The notes below the pieces were generated by a model, which saw nothing but the letters and a program-made list of their open reading frames with translations, did no database searches and was not told the origin of the DNA. Both the position numbers and the translations under genes were made by a program. A stretch of DNA of 64,000 nucleotides from Dehalococcoidia bacterium (lineage in GTDB: Bacteria > Chloroflexota > Dehalococcoidia > Lucifugimonadales > JAGWBF01), in the NCBI GenBank assembly GCA_965247295.1, contig CBDFGQ010000006.1, positions 235,868 through 299,867 of the forward strand. The letters run 5' to 3'. Shown here piece by piece: positions 37,071 through 47,478 of the stretch (the first letter of the stretch is position 1; every line of letters begins with the position of its first letter).

Positions 37071-38414
37071 GTGTCTGAGACGATAAGAGAGGCATATGTT
37101 CGGAAAAACCCCAGGTCAGCCCAGCTATTCCCCAGGTTTGCGGAGTACTTCCCCTCGGGCGTGGGCGGACACGACATGTACGCGACGGAGCCGTTCCCCA
37201 TCGTCATCGCCAGGGGACAGGGCCCGCGTAAGTGGGACGTGGACGGCAACGAGTACATTGACTTCGGCATGGGATCGGCATCGCTGCTGCTGGGCCACTC
37301 CCATCCGGAGGTGGTTGAGGCCCTGGTCAAGGCGGCGCCCGCCGGATCACACTATGGCGCGCCGGTGGAAGCCGTACTGGAGTGGGGAGAACGGGTCCAC
37401 AATCTGATCCCCTGCGCCGATAAAATACGATTCGTGGGGTCCGGCGCCGAATCTACCATGCTGGCGATGCGCATCGCCCGGGCCCACACGGGCAAGAACA
37501 AGATAATACGCTGGGAATCCCACTATCATGGCTGGCACGATTACGCCATGCCCGGGAACGTTCCGCCCTTCGACGTACCGGGCTCTACGGGCGTTCCAAA
37601 GGGAGCCATAGAATCGGTAATCGTACTGCCGGCCGATCTGGACGCGCTGGAGCGGACCCTGGCGACGGACAAGGACGTGGCGGGGGTGATCACCGAGGGC
37701 TCGGGCGCATCCTTCGGGACCGTGCCCCTTAAGCCCGGCTTCCTGGATGGTGTGAGAACGCTGACGAAAGAGTACGGCGTGGTAATGATCCTGGACGAGG
37801 TGATCACGGGCTTCCGTTGGAGCCCCGGCGGCCTCCAAAAGAAGCTCGACATCGACCCCGACCTCTGCACCCTGGCCAAGATCCTGACGGGAGGACTGCC
37901 CGGCGGCGCCGTGGCGGGGCGAGACGAGTTCATGGAGGTCATGGCCCAGACGGGTGATTCCCACCACGACCGCTACCAGCGGGTCTCTCACGGCGGGACC
38001 TTCAACGCGAACCCATATGCCGCAGCCACGGGGAACGCGGCCCTGAACGTGGTGGCAACGGGAGAGATAAACGACATAGCCGATAAGATGGCCGCCCGCC
38101 TGAGAGACGGCCTGCGGGAGATCGTGGAGCGGAATGAGGTGGCAGCCTGCGTCTACGGGGAGTCTTCCACCTTCCACATATACTTCGGGTCGACCTCTAT
38201 CGATGGGCTGGACGCTTCCACCCTGAAGAACCAGCCCCGAGATGTCCAAACCTCCTTTCGGCAGGCCGTTCAGGTAAGGGGCGTGGACTGTATGTCACGC
38301 ACCAGCGGCGTCACCTCGGGGGTCCACACCGACGGGGATATCGACCGGAGCCTGGAGGCCTTCGAGGGAGCGATCAGAGCCATGGTGGAGGAGGGCCTGG
38401 TCCGCCATAGCTAG
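37071..38414 (+). CDS. Class III aminotransferase (GSA-aminomutase-like)
   Basis: WDVDGNEYID, SGAES, DEVITGFR, LAKILTGG, HGGTFNAN. Confidence 0.9.
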   Translation: MSETIREAYVRKNPRSAQLFPRFAEYFPSGVGGHDMYATEPFPIVIARGQGPRKWDVDGNEYIDFGMGSASLLLGHSHPEVVEALVKAAPAGSHYGAPVEAVLEWGERVHNLIPCADKIRFVGSGAESTMLAMRIARAHTGKNKIIRWESHYHGWHDYAMPGNVPPFDVPGSTGVPKGAIESVIVLPADLDALERTLATDKDVAGVITEGSGASFGTVPLKPGFLDGVRTLTKEYGVVMILDEVITGFRWSPGGLQKKLDIDPDLCTLAKILTGGLPGGAVAGRDEFMEVMAQTGDSHHDRYQRVSHGGTFNANPYAAATGNAALNVVATGEINDIADKMAARLRDGLREIVERNEVAACVYGESSTFHIYFGSTSIDGLDASTLKNQPRDVQTSFRQAVQVRGVDCMSRTSGVTSGVHTDGDIDRSLEAFEGAIRAMVEEGLVRHS

Positions 38415-38442
38415 GGCAATATCGCCTCCATCCCTTCGGCAG

Positions 38443-38491
38443 GCTCAGCGCAATCCCTTCCCCCATCCAGGGGGAAGGGATTGCGCTGAGC
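38443..38491. terminator. Perfect 22-bp hairpin between convergent genes
   Basis: GCTCAGCGCAATCCCTTCCCCC-ATCCA-GGGGGAAGGGATTGCGCTGAGC. Confidence 0.7.
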
Positions 38492-38506
38492 TTCCGGGCT
38501 TACGAT

Positions 38507-40021
38507 TTACAGCGTTTCCCAGTTTACCTGGTGCTCGAAGGCGTGGGCCGCCCTGAGCACTGTGGCATCGTCAAAATTCCTGCCCACCAGCATGAGCCCC
38601 ACGGGCAGGCCGTCGGACATCCCGCAGGGCACGCTAATGGCCGGGTGGCCGGTCATGTCGAAGGGCGCGGTGTTGGCGAGCATATCCCAGCCGTGGGAGA
38701 TCAAGTCCCTTATCGCTATGTCCGGATCATATTTGTGGGCCTTCATGGGGGTGGTGGGCATGGCCACCAGGTCTACCTGCTGAAGGGCCGCGTCGTAGCT
38801 ATCCCGCAGGACCCGGCGAAGGTTCTGGGCCTTGGCGTACATCCTGCCGTGATACTGCTCGCTCATCCAGGTCCCGATGAGCAGGATAAGCTTTACCGTT
38901 GGAGGAAAGTCGTCTGCCTGGGCACGTCGAGACTTGCCCAGCGTCTCCACAAGACCAACGTTGTAGAGACCCTGCCAGTGATAGCCCGTGCCGTTGGCGC
39001 GCAGCAGCGCGGCGGCACCCTCCGCTATCAGGCCCCAGACGATACCCGAAGCCTGCACGTGGCCCGGGACAGACACATCCACAGTCTCAGCTCCGAGCTC
39101 GGTGAACACGCCCAGAGCTTTACGCACGGCGGCATCGACATCTGGCTCCGACCCCTCCAGCCCAAACCCTTCCTGCAGGATGCCTATACGCAGCCCGCCG
39201 ACGCCCCGGCTCAAGGCCTCCGTGTAGGCCTGGACGGGCACATCGCCCTGGCGAGGGTCCATAGGATCCTTGCCGGCGATGGCCTCAAGCGCCAGGGCCA
39301 CGTCGGCCGCCGAGCGCGCCATTGGGCCGGCATGGTCGAAGGTATGGTCTAAGCCCACGATGCCCGTGTATGGCACCAGACCATGGGTGGGCTTTAGACC
39401 GACGACGCCGCACCATGAGGCGGGGATGCGAATGGACCCGCCCTGGTCTCCCCCGATGGTTATGTCAATGTCCTCGTAGTAGAGGGCCGCGGCCGAGCCG
39501 CCGGAGGAGCCTCCTGCGAGGTGCTCAAGGCTGTGTGGATTGAGGGTAGCCCCCAGGGCGCTGGTGTCACCGGCGCCCGAGAAGGCGAAATTGTCCAGGT
39601 TGAGGGTGGCTACGACCTCTGCGCCCTCATCCAGGAGCCGCGTGACGATGGTGGCGTCGGCCTCGGGCACGTAGCCCTCCAGGACGAGGGAACCGCAGGT
39701 CATGGGCATCCCCGCCACGCAGATGTTGTTCTTGAGGCCAAACCTCTTGCCCGCCAGCCTGCCGGACTGGGCACCTCGCAGGGAACAGCGGCGCACAATT
39801 GCGTTAAATGGGTCCTGCTCTCGGCTAGGCCGGTATCCGGGATCGCGGTCACGATACTTGAGAGGTTCATAGGGCAGGGGCATCCGGTCCAGCAGTTCAT
39901 AGTTTGCGAACAGGCCGGGTATCACCTGCTGGAAGTCCTCCAGCTCCTCGTCGCTGAGATCGAAATAGTTGTCGTCGGCCAAACGTATGAGGTCCGCATC
40001 CGTTGGAAGGCGAATTGCCAT
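38507..40021 (-). CDS. Amidase (amidase signature family)
   Basis: GGSSGGS, GGDQGGSIRIPASWCG. Confidence 0.93.
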   Translation of the reverse strand: MAIRLPTDADLIRLADDNYFDLSDEELEDFQQVIPGLFANYELLDRMPLPYEPLKYRDRDPGYRPSREQDPFNAIVRRCSLRGAQSGRLAGKRFGLKNNICVAGMPMTCGSLVLEGYVPEADATIVTRLLDEGAEVVATLNLDNFAFSGAGDTSALGATLNPHSLEHLAGGSSGGSAAALYYEDIDITIGGDQGGSIRIPASWCGVVGLKPTHGLVPYTGIVGLDHTFDHAGPMARSAADVALALEAIAGKDPMDPRQGDVPVQAYTEALSRGVGGLRIGILQEGFGLEGSEPDVDAAVRKALGVFTELGAETVDVSVPGHVQASGIVWGLIAEGAAALLRANGTGYHWQGLYNVGLVETLGKSRRAQADDFPPTVKLILLIGTWMSEQYHGRMYAKAQNLRRVLRDSYDAALQQVDLVAMPTTPMKAHKYDPDIAIRDLISHGWDMLANTAPFDMTGHPAISVPCGMSDGLPVGLMLVGRNFDDATVLRAAHAFEHQVNWETL

Positions 40022-40240
40022 GGCGCGCTCCTCCTTTCCCAGATAATTCCCTGCGCGTTCGTGGGGCTGAACCGGCTAGGCCATGGGCGAACCTCCCATG
40101 GCCCAGCGCCCGTGCATTGTCAACCGAAGGTAGTGTACCCGCGATGAAGGAAGGGGAGTAAGCTCAACCACGACCCCTGTCTATGGACCGCCGGGCAGGT
40201 GCTTGGGCGATGGTGCTATCGGACCGAATGCGCGAGGTGG

Positions 40241-40696
40241 CTAGGGCTGTTCGTAATTGTGGAAATGTCCGAACTCGACCATCTTGAGGTCCTCGTCCCC
40301 AGTGTTCAGCCATTGATGGCGAGAACCGGGGCTCATGTGGACGAAGTCACCCGGCCCGAAGTCCTCCTTGAGCTCCACCCCATCCTGGATCCACCACATG
40401 GTCCCCTTGCCGCCGGTGATGTAGAAGAAAATGTCGTAGTAGGAGAAATGGGTATGCCAGGACTCGCCCGCGCCCTTGCCCATGGTCTTGTTCCTCAGCC
40501 ACACCGTTTCGTGAACGGGCAGTCCTCTCTCTCTCCCTCCGTCCACATCCTTTGCCACTATGGGGGCCGGGGTGTCACGCAGCAGGGCCATTCCCGAGGT
40601 TTGAGGAAGCACCATCATCTCCGCCCCGCCGCTGATGGGCTGTTCCACGACGTCCTTGGCATGTACTATCTTGACCGATGGCCAGGACTGAACCAT
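40241..40696 (-). CDS. Cupin-domain protein
   Basis: WHTH...PGDFVHMSPGSRH. Confidence 0.8.
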   Translation of the reverse strand: MVQSWPSVKIVHAKDVVEQPISGGAEMMVLPQTSGMALLRDTPAPIVAKDVDGGRERGLPVHETVWLRNKTMGKGAGESWHTHFSYYDIFFYITGGKGTMWWIQDGVELKEDFGPGDFVHMSPGSRHQWLNTGDEDLKMVEFGHFHNYEQP

Positions 40697-40785
40697 AGTA
40701 TGCCTCCTGACTGAGATTTAGGGCTCTACAGTAGATTGGCGAAAGTAAATGGACCGGCGGCGCACGACGCCCACCGATACGTACA

Positions 40786-40992
40786 TCAGCCCCTGGGACC
40801 CCTGTTCCGGCTGGCAAAAAAGCGTTCGAGGAGAACGTCCAGTACGGGGATCTCACGGCTCAGGTACTTGCCTATGAGCCAACCGGCAAGGGTGAGCAGC
40901 GCAACGATAAAGACCTCGAGAGGGCCTTGCCATACCAGCACGACCCCTGTTACCAGGCCGATAACCGCTCCTATAACCTTGGGACAGTTCAT
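40786..40992 (-). CDS. Small membrane protein (DUF2273-like)
   Basis: Two TM helices; position in the asp23 operon. Confidence 0.7.
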   Translation of the reverse strand: MNCPKVIGAVIGLVTGVVLVWQGPLEVFIVALLTLAGWLIGKYLSREIPVLDVLLERFFASRNRGPRG

Positions 40993-41000
40993 GGCGCTCC

Positions 41001-41621
41001 CTAGGCTCCCATCAGCCTGGGGCCATCGCCGCGCTCGTAGTGAACCCGAATCACGTTCACCCGCAAGACCGTGAGCCCGGTAAACCGCTCCACCGTGTCT
41101 CTCACCCTGGTCTGGAGGTCGTCCCTGACCTCCGGCACGCTGCTGCCCAGTATCAGCCTGGGATAGCAGTCAATCACCACGCTGGCCGGACCCCCTCCAG
41201 CCGGCCTTCTCCTGACGGACACACGGCATCGGACGGAGCTTATATTACGGTTGGCGATCCCCGTCCTTTCCGCCAGTAGTCTGACGCTGTCTTCCTCGAT
41301 GTTCAGCACGCCATCGGGGGTAGAGCTTATCTGGAGGCGGGACGGCCTCTGCAGGGCTGGCCTGGTTTCCAGGAAGAGCAGCCCCAGCATAGCCACGCCG
41401 ACCGCTACACTGACCACTATGGTGATAGCCTGTTCGCTCCCGCTAAAGCCAGCAACGCCCAGCAGCTGAGAGTAGAACCAGGCGCCCGATGGGTCTGACT
41501 CAGACCCCCCCGGTAGTAAATCCGGCTCGACAGCTTCCGTGGCAACGAGTACGATCACGACGGCTCCCGCCAGCACTAGCAGGGCAACCAGCATTATCAG
41601 CAGCCGATTCCAACGATTCAT
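41001..41621 (-). CDS. amaP: AmaP-like membrane anchor of Asp23
   Basis: Two TM helices plus C-terminal Asp23-like fold (LQTRVRDTVERFTGLTV..VNV). Confidence 0.7.
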   Translation of the reverse strand: MNRWNRLLIMLVALLVLAGAVVIVLVATEAVEPDLLPGGSESDPSGAWFYSQLLGVAGFSGSEQAITIVVSVAVGVAMLGLLFLETRPALQRPSRLQISSTPDGVLNIEEDSVRLLAERTGIANRNISSVRCRVSVRRRPAGGGPASVVIDCYPRLILGSSVPEVRDDLQTRVRDTVERFTGLTVLRVNVIRVHYERGDGPRLMGA

Positions 41622-41636
41622 AGTTCCCCATTAACT

Positions 41637-41665
41637 ATATGGGGTACGCTAGGCGTACCCCATAT
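41637..41665. promoter_or_regulatory. Intra-operon hairpin
   Basis: ATATGGGGTACGC-TAG-GCGTACCCCATAT. Confidence 0.55.
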
Positions 41666-41744
41666 CAAGGCTGTCCGTCTCAAGGTCTATGCTTGCGTAT
41701 GATATCCCATTATTCGTGCCACGGCTAGAGTGACCATGAACACT

Positions 41745-42179
41745 TTACTCGACCCGTCCCGGCATCCGATCAGGAAACTCGATGCCTACCACGTTGATGT
41801 TGATCTCCTTGGCCAGCAGGCCGCAAATCTCCAGGATACGGCGGGCCACGTTCTGGCGCACCTTGACCACGGTCTCGGGGATGCTGAACCCGTACACAAC
41901 CTGCAAATCGATATCCAGAACGGCCTCCCTCCTCCCTGCCTCAACCCCCACACCCCGAGCCCGTTGCTCGCGACCTCCGACACGCTCCGCGATGGTCCTG
42001 CGGATAGAGCTGGTGCCCAAAGAGGAGACCCCCTCTATCTCACGGGCGGCCACGCCGGCGATGGCTCCAATGACCTCGTCATTTATATCCGTTTCCCCGC
42101 CCACCTCGATCTCCGTGAGCTTATCAATTTCGGCGAGTCTAGTTACCATCTCCTGCTCCTTAATTCTCTCCTGAGTCAT
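41745..42179 (-). CDS. Asp23/Gls24-family protein
   Basis: VIGAIAGVAAREIEGV...GVGVEAG...YG.SIP...CGL...INI.V. Confidence 0.9.
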   Translation of the reverse strand: MTQERIKEQEMVTRLAEIDKLTEIEVGGETDINDEVIGAIAGVAAREIEGVSSLGTSSIRRTIAERVGGREQRARGVGVEAGRREAVLDIDLQVVYGFSIPETVVKVRQNVARRILEICGLLAKEININVVGIEFPDRMPGRVE

Positions 42180-42227
42180 GGCTGCTCTCCTTTTCTACGT
42201 TGTTTCCTGGTACTGTACTGACGACCC

Positions 42228-42932
42228 CTACTGCACCCTACCCGGCATCCTCGGCGGAAACTCGATGCCGACAACCCTAACGTTTATCTCCTTGGCCTCA
42301 AGGCCACACAGGTTGAGCAGCCGGTCGGCCACATGCTGTCGAACCTGGATCACGGCCTTAGGTATACTGTACCCGTAGATCATCCGCAGGTTGATGTCCA
42401 GGATCACCTCACGCCTTCCAACCTCCACCTCGACCCCTCTGGCCCTCCTCTCGGCGCCGCCGATGCGTTCCCCGATAGTCCTGCGAAGTGATGTAGCCCC
42501 CAGAGACGCGACACCCTCAATTGCCTCGGCGGCCACTCCGGCTATGGCCCCTATGACCGCGGGCTCGATGTTGGTTGTGCCGTACACCGGGATCTCTTCC
42601 AGCCTTCTTAGCTCTTCCATCTTGGGCATCATCTCCAGTTCTGTGATGGTTAGCCCGTTCATCACCCGCCTCTCCACCACCGCTGGCACCTTCACAGAGG
42701 ACTCGTGACCTCTGACTGCACTTTCCATCGCCTTCAATGGATCCCCTGCGCCCTCTGCAAGCTCCCCAACCCCCGCCGTATCTGCAGCGGCAGATTTCTC
42801 GCCGGAACTAATCTCCCCGCTTCGAGACCCTCCACCACGGGTCCCTTTCGACCTGTTCGCGACAACCTCTTCTCTTGCCAACGCATCTTCCACGGCACGG
42901 TTGCTATCGGTATCTCCCGTCCTGTCCTGCAT
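42228..42932 (-). CDS. Asp23/Gls24-family protein with disordered N-terminal extension
   Basis: C-terminal domain closely paralogous to 41745-42179. Confidence 0.85.
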   Translation of the reverse strand: MQDRTGDTDSNRAVEDALAREEVVANRSKGTRGGGSRSGEISSGEKSAAADTAGVGELAEGAGDPLKAMESAVRGHESSVKVPAVVERRVMNGLTITELEMMPKMEELRRLEEIPVYGTTNIEPAVIGAIAGVAAEAIEGVASLGATSLRRTIGERIGGAERRARGVEVEVGRREVILDINLRMIYGYSIPKAVIQVRQHVADRLLNLCGLEAKEINVRVVGIEFPPRMPGRVQ

Positions 42933-42986
42933 CTCTTACACCTCCTCCCTGTCAACTTCGCTGGTGAGGCCTATGTAACCCCTTTA

Positions 42987-43094
42987 TAAGTGAGCGTTCA
43001 CTTAATGACTATGATATCATGCCATTTTATACCAGTCAAGCATTGCAATTTAGGGGATATTACTTATACACTAATGGAAGTATGCGTTCACTTA
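42987..43094. promoter_or_regulatory. Two palindromic TetR-type operators
   Basis: TAAGTGAGCGTTCACTTA (42987-43004) and GAAGTATGCGTTCACTTA (43077-43094) in the divergent intergenic region. Confidence 0.7.
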
Positions 43095-43128
43095 CAGACC
43101 GAATGAGGACCTGGAGGGGAGCTAGCAC

Positions 43129-43800
43129 GTGACAACAGTACATCTGGACTCAGAGGTGCGCAGACATCAAATCGTACAGACCGTGCGCAGGATCGTCGCC
43201 ACCCACGGCATGGCATCCTTTACCATCCAGGAACTGGCCCGTGAGGTAGGTGTGTCCGAAGGGGCCATTTACAGACATTTTAAGAGCAAAGACGATATCC
43301 TCTTGTCCCTCATTCAGGAAATCGAACGAAATCTGCAGCAAGCCATTTCAGATTCAGCTCGTCCCAAGGACGGTGCCCTGGACCAGCTAAAGCACCTCAT
43401 GCAGCGACACTTTTCGTCCCTGGAGAGGCGCAACGGCGTCTCATTTGTGGTGATCTCAGAAGCCCTTAGCTTCGCCGACGCTCAGGTGAAGCATGCCACA
43501 AGGCAAATGGTAGAGCACTATCTGGAAAGGATTGAATCTATACTCAAGGCCGGGGCGGAGCAGGGGGAGTACGACGGCAGGATAGATACAAAGGCCGCAG
43601 CCCTGATGTACTTTGGGATGATTCAGGGGAGTGTTACGCTTTGGACATTCAGCAACAGGGCCCATCCCTTGGGCCAGCACAGCTCCTCGCTATGGACGAT
43701 GTTTAAAGACGGGCTCACCAACCACCAAGGGGACCACTCAGAGGCCCTTCCAGCCGCTAGTCCGAGGCAGTCGTCGCGTGGGCGGAAAGACGGCGACTAG
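43129..43800 (+). CDS. TetR/AcrR-family regulator
   Basis: TIQELAREVGVSEGAIYRHFKSKDDIL. Confidence 0.93.
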   Translation: MTTVHLDSEVRRHQIVQTVRRIVATHGMASFTIQELAREVGVSEGAIYRHFKSKDDILLSLIQEIERNLQQAISDSARPKDGALDQLKHLMQRHFSSLERRNGVSFVVISEALSFADAQVKHATRQMVEHYLERIESILKAGAEQGEYDGRIDTKAAALMYFGMIQGSVTLWTFSNRAHPLGQHSSSLWTMFKDGLTNHQGDHSEALPAASPRQSSRGRKDGD

Positions 43801-44314
43801 CCCAGCAAAGTATCGTGGCGAGCCGGTGAAATCAACCGGTCGCAGCTATCGCCCCCTACATCCGTACCCAGGCCATCAGGCCCTAGCATCCCCATCTATC
43901 ACGGCTTAAAATTAACCTAACCGGGGTCTCCGCAGATAGACTGGCGGCTGCGTTGCCGGGTTTCGTTGCATCGGCAAACCTTTCCCTTACCGGCTGCACT
44001 GGTGCTGCGTCCACCGCCAAAGAAGCTGGACATGTCCCTGCAGCGAGCCGGCATGTGACGAAGGCCTCCGCTCATTACCTATCGTGACACACAGGTTGAT
44101 GCTGATGGGCCGGTATACGTTCATAGTTCTCCACGTGAGATAACGGCGTGGTCGAACTAGGTTCTTTCACCGGGGAAAGACCCAGCCGTGCTGCTCGCAT
44201 CCAGGGAGCCACAGAACGTAGATGACCGGTGGCTTCGGTTCAGCGGCGAGCACCGGAATACAACGGTAAAACGCCATCTAATATAGAAGGAACCGTACCT
44301 AGAACAGGTGAGAC

Positions 44315-45688
44315 ATGGAACAACCCAGGGAGATTCTGGCTGAGGCAATCGAGCGAGCGGAACGGCTTATCGTAGAGGTTCGCGGGATCCTGGAGCGCCG
44401 TGAACTTAAGTCGGCCTTGCCACTTTTGGGCATGCTCCACCCTGTCGACCAGGCCCACCTGCTGGCGGACATTGACCGTGAGCACCAGCTGGCTCTGCTG
44501 GAAGCAATGGCCCTGGGAGACGCGGCCAGGGTGCTTGAGCACATGGAGCCGGAGCAGGCGGCGGCCGTGATTGGCGACATGCAGGCGCCTATCCTCGCGG
44601 ATATCCTGGACCAAACCCGCCCCGATGTGGCAGCCGACATATTGAGGCAGCTCCCGGCTGAGCAGTCCCAGCGGGCCCTGCAGGGGATGGAGGAGGTCGA
44701 GGAGGTCACGCCCCTTCTGGAGTACGCCGACGAAAGCGCCGGCGGCATCATGACCCCCGAGTACGTGTCCACCCGGGACGATATGACCGCGGGCAACGCC
44801 CTGGACAGCGTCCGAATCCTTGGCCCAAAGGCGGAGGACGTGAGTTCCATCCTCGTAGTGGACAAAGACGGAACCCTGGTTGGCTCCTTGAGCATAGTGC
44901 GTCTCGCGCTGGCCCGGCCGTCGGCCCTGGTCAGCGACATCATGGATCCTGAGGTGCTGTACGTGACGTCGGGGACTGACCAGGAGGAGTGCGCCAAGCT
45001 GATGGAGCGCTACGACCTGAAGTACCTCCCCGTGGTGGATGAGAGACGGCGACTGGTGGGCATGATATTGGTTGAGGAAATGGTGGACGTGCTGGAGGAG
45101 GAGGCCACCGAGGACATGTACAAGATGACGGGCATCGGCGGGGAGCGTCTCTTCGGCCCCCTGCACGGCTCCATCCGCCGGCGCCTGCCATGGCTGTATC
45201 TGAACCTGGGTACCACGATCCTTGCTGCCCTTGTAATCAACCTCTTCCAGTCGACCATCGCTCAGGTAATGGCTCTGGTGGTGTTCCTGCCCGTCGTGGC
45301 TGGGCAGGGGGGTATCGCCGGGACTCAGACCCTAACCCTGGTTATCCGTAGCATCGCCCTGGGCGACATACCGGAGCGTCGGGCCCTGCGCATTCTCGCC
45401 AGGGAGGTGCTGTTGGGTCTCATCCACGGCATCTTCCTCGGTCTGGTCATCGGTCTCCTGTCCTATGCGTGGAAGGGGCAGTGGATGCTGGGAGTCGTCC
45501 TGGGAACCGCTATGTTGGGGAACATGATCGTCGCGGGCCTGGCGGGCACCGCCACCCCACTGCTGCTCCGACTCTTTAGAATTGACCCCGCCCTGGGTTC
45601 CGCCGTCATCGTCACGACCATCACCGATGTCGTGGGCTTCCTGCTGTTCCTGGGGATTGCGGCGGCCCTTGTGAGCTATCTGGTGTAG
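44315..45688 (+). CDS. mgtE: Magnesium transporter
   Basis: SAGGIMT, CBS pair, EEATEDM, RRLPWL, GGIAGTQ, DPA....ITDV.G. Confidence 0.93.
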   Translation: MEQPREILAEAIERAERLIVEVRGILERRELKSALPLLGMLHPVDQAHLLADIDREHQLALLEAMALGDAARVLEHMEPEQAAAVIGDMQAPILADILDQTRPDVAADILRQLPAEQSQRALQGMEEVEEVTPLLEYADESAGGIMTPEYVSTRDDMTAGNALDSVRILGPKAEDVSSILVVDKDGTLVGSLSIVRLALARPSALVSDIMDPEVLYVTSGTDQEECAKLMERYDLKYLPVVDERRRLVGMILVEEMVDVLEEEATEDMYKMTGIGGERLFGPLHGSIRRRLPWLYLNLGTTILAALVINLFQSTIAQVMALVVFLPVVAGQGGIAGTQTLTLVIRSIALGDIPERRALRILAREVLLGLIHGIFLGLVIGLLSYAWKGQWMLGVVLGTAMLGNMIVAGLAGTATPLLLRLFRIDPALGSAVIVTTITDVVGFLLFLGIAAALVSYLV

Positions 45689-45804
45689 TGCCGACGACAC
45701 CCGATGGACGGCATAGCAAGCCCATCGCCGGCTCTATTGACATGACCAAACCCCGATGATAGCGTGGGCAGCACCTAGCCACCGAGAAAGGACGGCTGCG
45801 AGAA

Positions 45805-47478
45805 ATGGCGAGGATGACAGGGAAAAAGGCCCTTGTGGAGATGCTTGTTGCCGAGGGGGTCGAGTACATCTTCGGAAACCCCGGGACCAGCGAGACCCCC
45901 TTTATGGACGCCCTCCAGGACTATCCACAGCTAAAGTTCATGCTTTCCCTACAGGAGAACTCGGCCGTGGCCATGGCAGACGGCTACGCGCGCGCCAGTC
46001 AAAAGCCCGCCTTCGTCAACCTCCACATCGCAGGGGGACTGGCCGGCGGCATCAGCATGTTGTACGACTCCTTCAAGGGTGGAACCCCCATGGTGCTGAC
46101 GGCAGGCAATTCGGACACCCGTATGCTTCACACAGACCCAGTGCTTTCCGGGGACCTGGTGGAGATGACCCGCCAGTACACCAAGTGGAGCTGGGAAATA
46201 ACCCACGCCGCGGAGATACCCATGGTGGTGCGCCGCGCCTTCAGGCAGGCCTCGACGCCTCCCACCGCCCCCGTGTTTCTCAGTTTTCCCTGGGACTCCC
46301 TGGACGAGGAGGCGGACGTTGACATCATCGGCTCCTCTCCCGGCTATCATAGGGTACGTCCCGACGCCGCCGGCCTGGGCCAGGCTGCGGACCTTCTGTC
46401 AAGGGCCGAAAACCCCATCATGGTTGTCGGAGACCGGGTGGCCCAATCGGAGGCGGTATCCGAAGCGGTGGAGGTAGCGGAGCTCATCGGCGCCGAGGTG
46501 TTCGCCGCAGCCTTCACCGAGGTCAACTTTCCCACCAGCCATCCCCAATTCAAGGGCCTGCTTAATCTCAACAGGCCCGCTACCGCCCGGCTTCTTGGCG
46601 GCGCCGACGTCGTCCTGGCCGTGGGCACCAACGTGTTCTCCTCCTTCCTGTACACGCCTGAGCCGTTTCTCAGCAACACCACCAAGCTGATACACCTGGA
46701 CAGCAGTCCCCGGGAAGTGGAGAAGGTCTACCCTACCCATATAGGCATGGTCGCCGATCCCAAGGCCGCGCTGGCGGAGCTGGCCGACGCCCTGAGCCAG
46801 GAGATGTCCGGCGCGGCCAGGGAAGCGGCCAAGACCAGGGCAGCCTCCATTGGGGACCAGACGCGTGAGGCCAGGAAAGCCCACCACAAGCGCGTCGAGG
46901 ATAGATGGGACAGCGATCCCATGTCTGTGGAGCGTATGATGGCCGAGCTGGCCCAGTCACTGCCCTCGGACGCCATCATCGCCGACGAAGCCATTACATC
47001 CCGGGCCGCTCTGATGGGAGCCATGGACTTCGACCAGCCCGGCAGCCTCTACGCCGAGCAAGGGGGCGCCCTGGGCTGGGGGATGCCGGGGCCGCTGGGG
47101 ATAAAGCTGGCCAACCCCGACCGGCCCGTGGTCGCGGTGGTCGGCGACGGCTCCTCTATGTACACCATCCAGGCGCTATGGACGGCGGCACGCTACAATA
47201 TTCCGGTCACCTGGGTCATCTGCAACAACCGCACCTACAGGATCCTCAAGGTGAACATGGAGGTCTATCTGAGGGAGATGCTAAAGGACAATCAAAGGAA
47301 GAGCGAGTACCTGGGGATGGACTTCCAACTCCCCCTGAACCCGGCCGGGGTCGCCGAGGGGTTTGGCGTGCATGGCCGCAAGGTGGAGGCGCCTTCGGAA
47401 CTGAGGCCCGCCCTAGAGGAAGCCCTCGGCCTCGGCAAGCCGGCCCTGGTGGATGTGGTTATCGATGGGTCCCTGTAG
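45805..47478 (+). CDS. TPP-dependent enzyme (benzoylformate decarboxylase-like)
   Basis: FGNPGTSE, QE..AV.MADGYA, GDGSSMY...NN. Confidence 0.9.
   Translation: MARMTGKKALVEMLVAEGVEYIFGNPGTSETPFMDALQDYPQLKFMLSLQENSAVAMADGYARASQKPAFVNLHIAGGLAGGISMLYDSFKGGTPMVLTAGNSDTRMLHTDPVLSGDLVEMTRQYTKWSWEITHAAEIPMVVRRAFRQASTPPTAPVFLSFPWDSLDEEADVDIIGSSPGYHRVRPDAAGLGQAADLLSRAENPIMVVGDRVAQSEAVSEAVEVAELIGAEVFAAAFTEVNFPTSHPQFKGLLNLNRPATARLLGGADVVLAVGTNVFSSFLYTPEPFLSNTTKLIHLDSSPREVEKVYPTHIGMVADPKAALAELADALSQEMSGAAREAAKTRAASIGDQTREARKAHHKRVEDRWDSDPMSVERMMAELAQSLPSDAIIADEAITSRAALMGAMDFDQPGSLYAEQGGALGWGMPGPLGIKLANPDRPVVAVVGDGSSMYTIQALWTAARYNIPVTWVICNNRTYRILKVNMEVYLREMLKDNQRKSEYLGMDFQLPLNPAGVAEGFGVHGRKVEAPSELRPALEEALGLGKPALVDVVIDGSL

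Noticed and set aside
44154..44165. GAAC-TAG-GTTC (also at ~3641) as a LexA box
   Set aside because: Spacer is 3 nt, not 4.
43900..44310. M-box or c-di-GMP riboswitch before mgtE
   Set aside because: Only an isolated GGCAAACC; the other conserved elements are missing.
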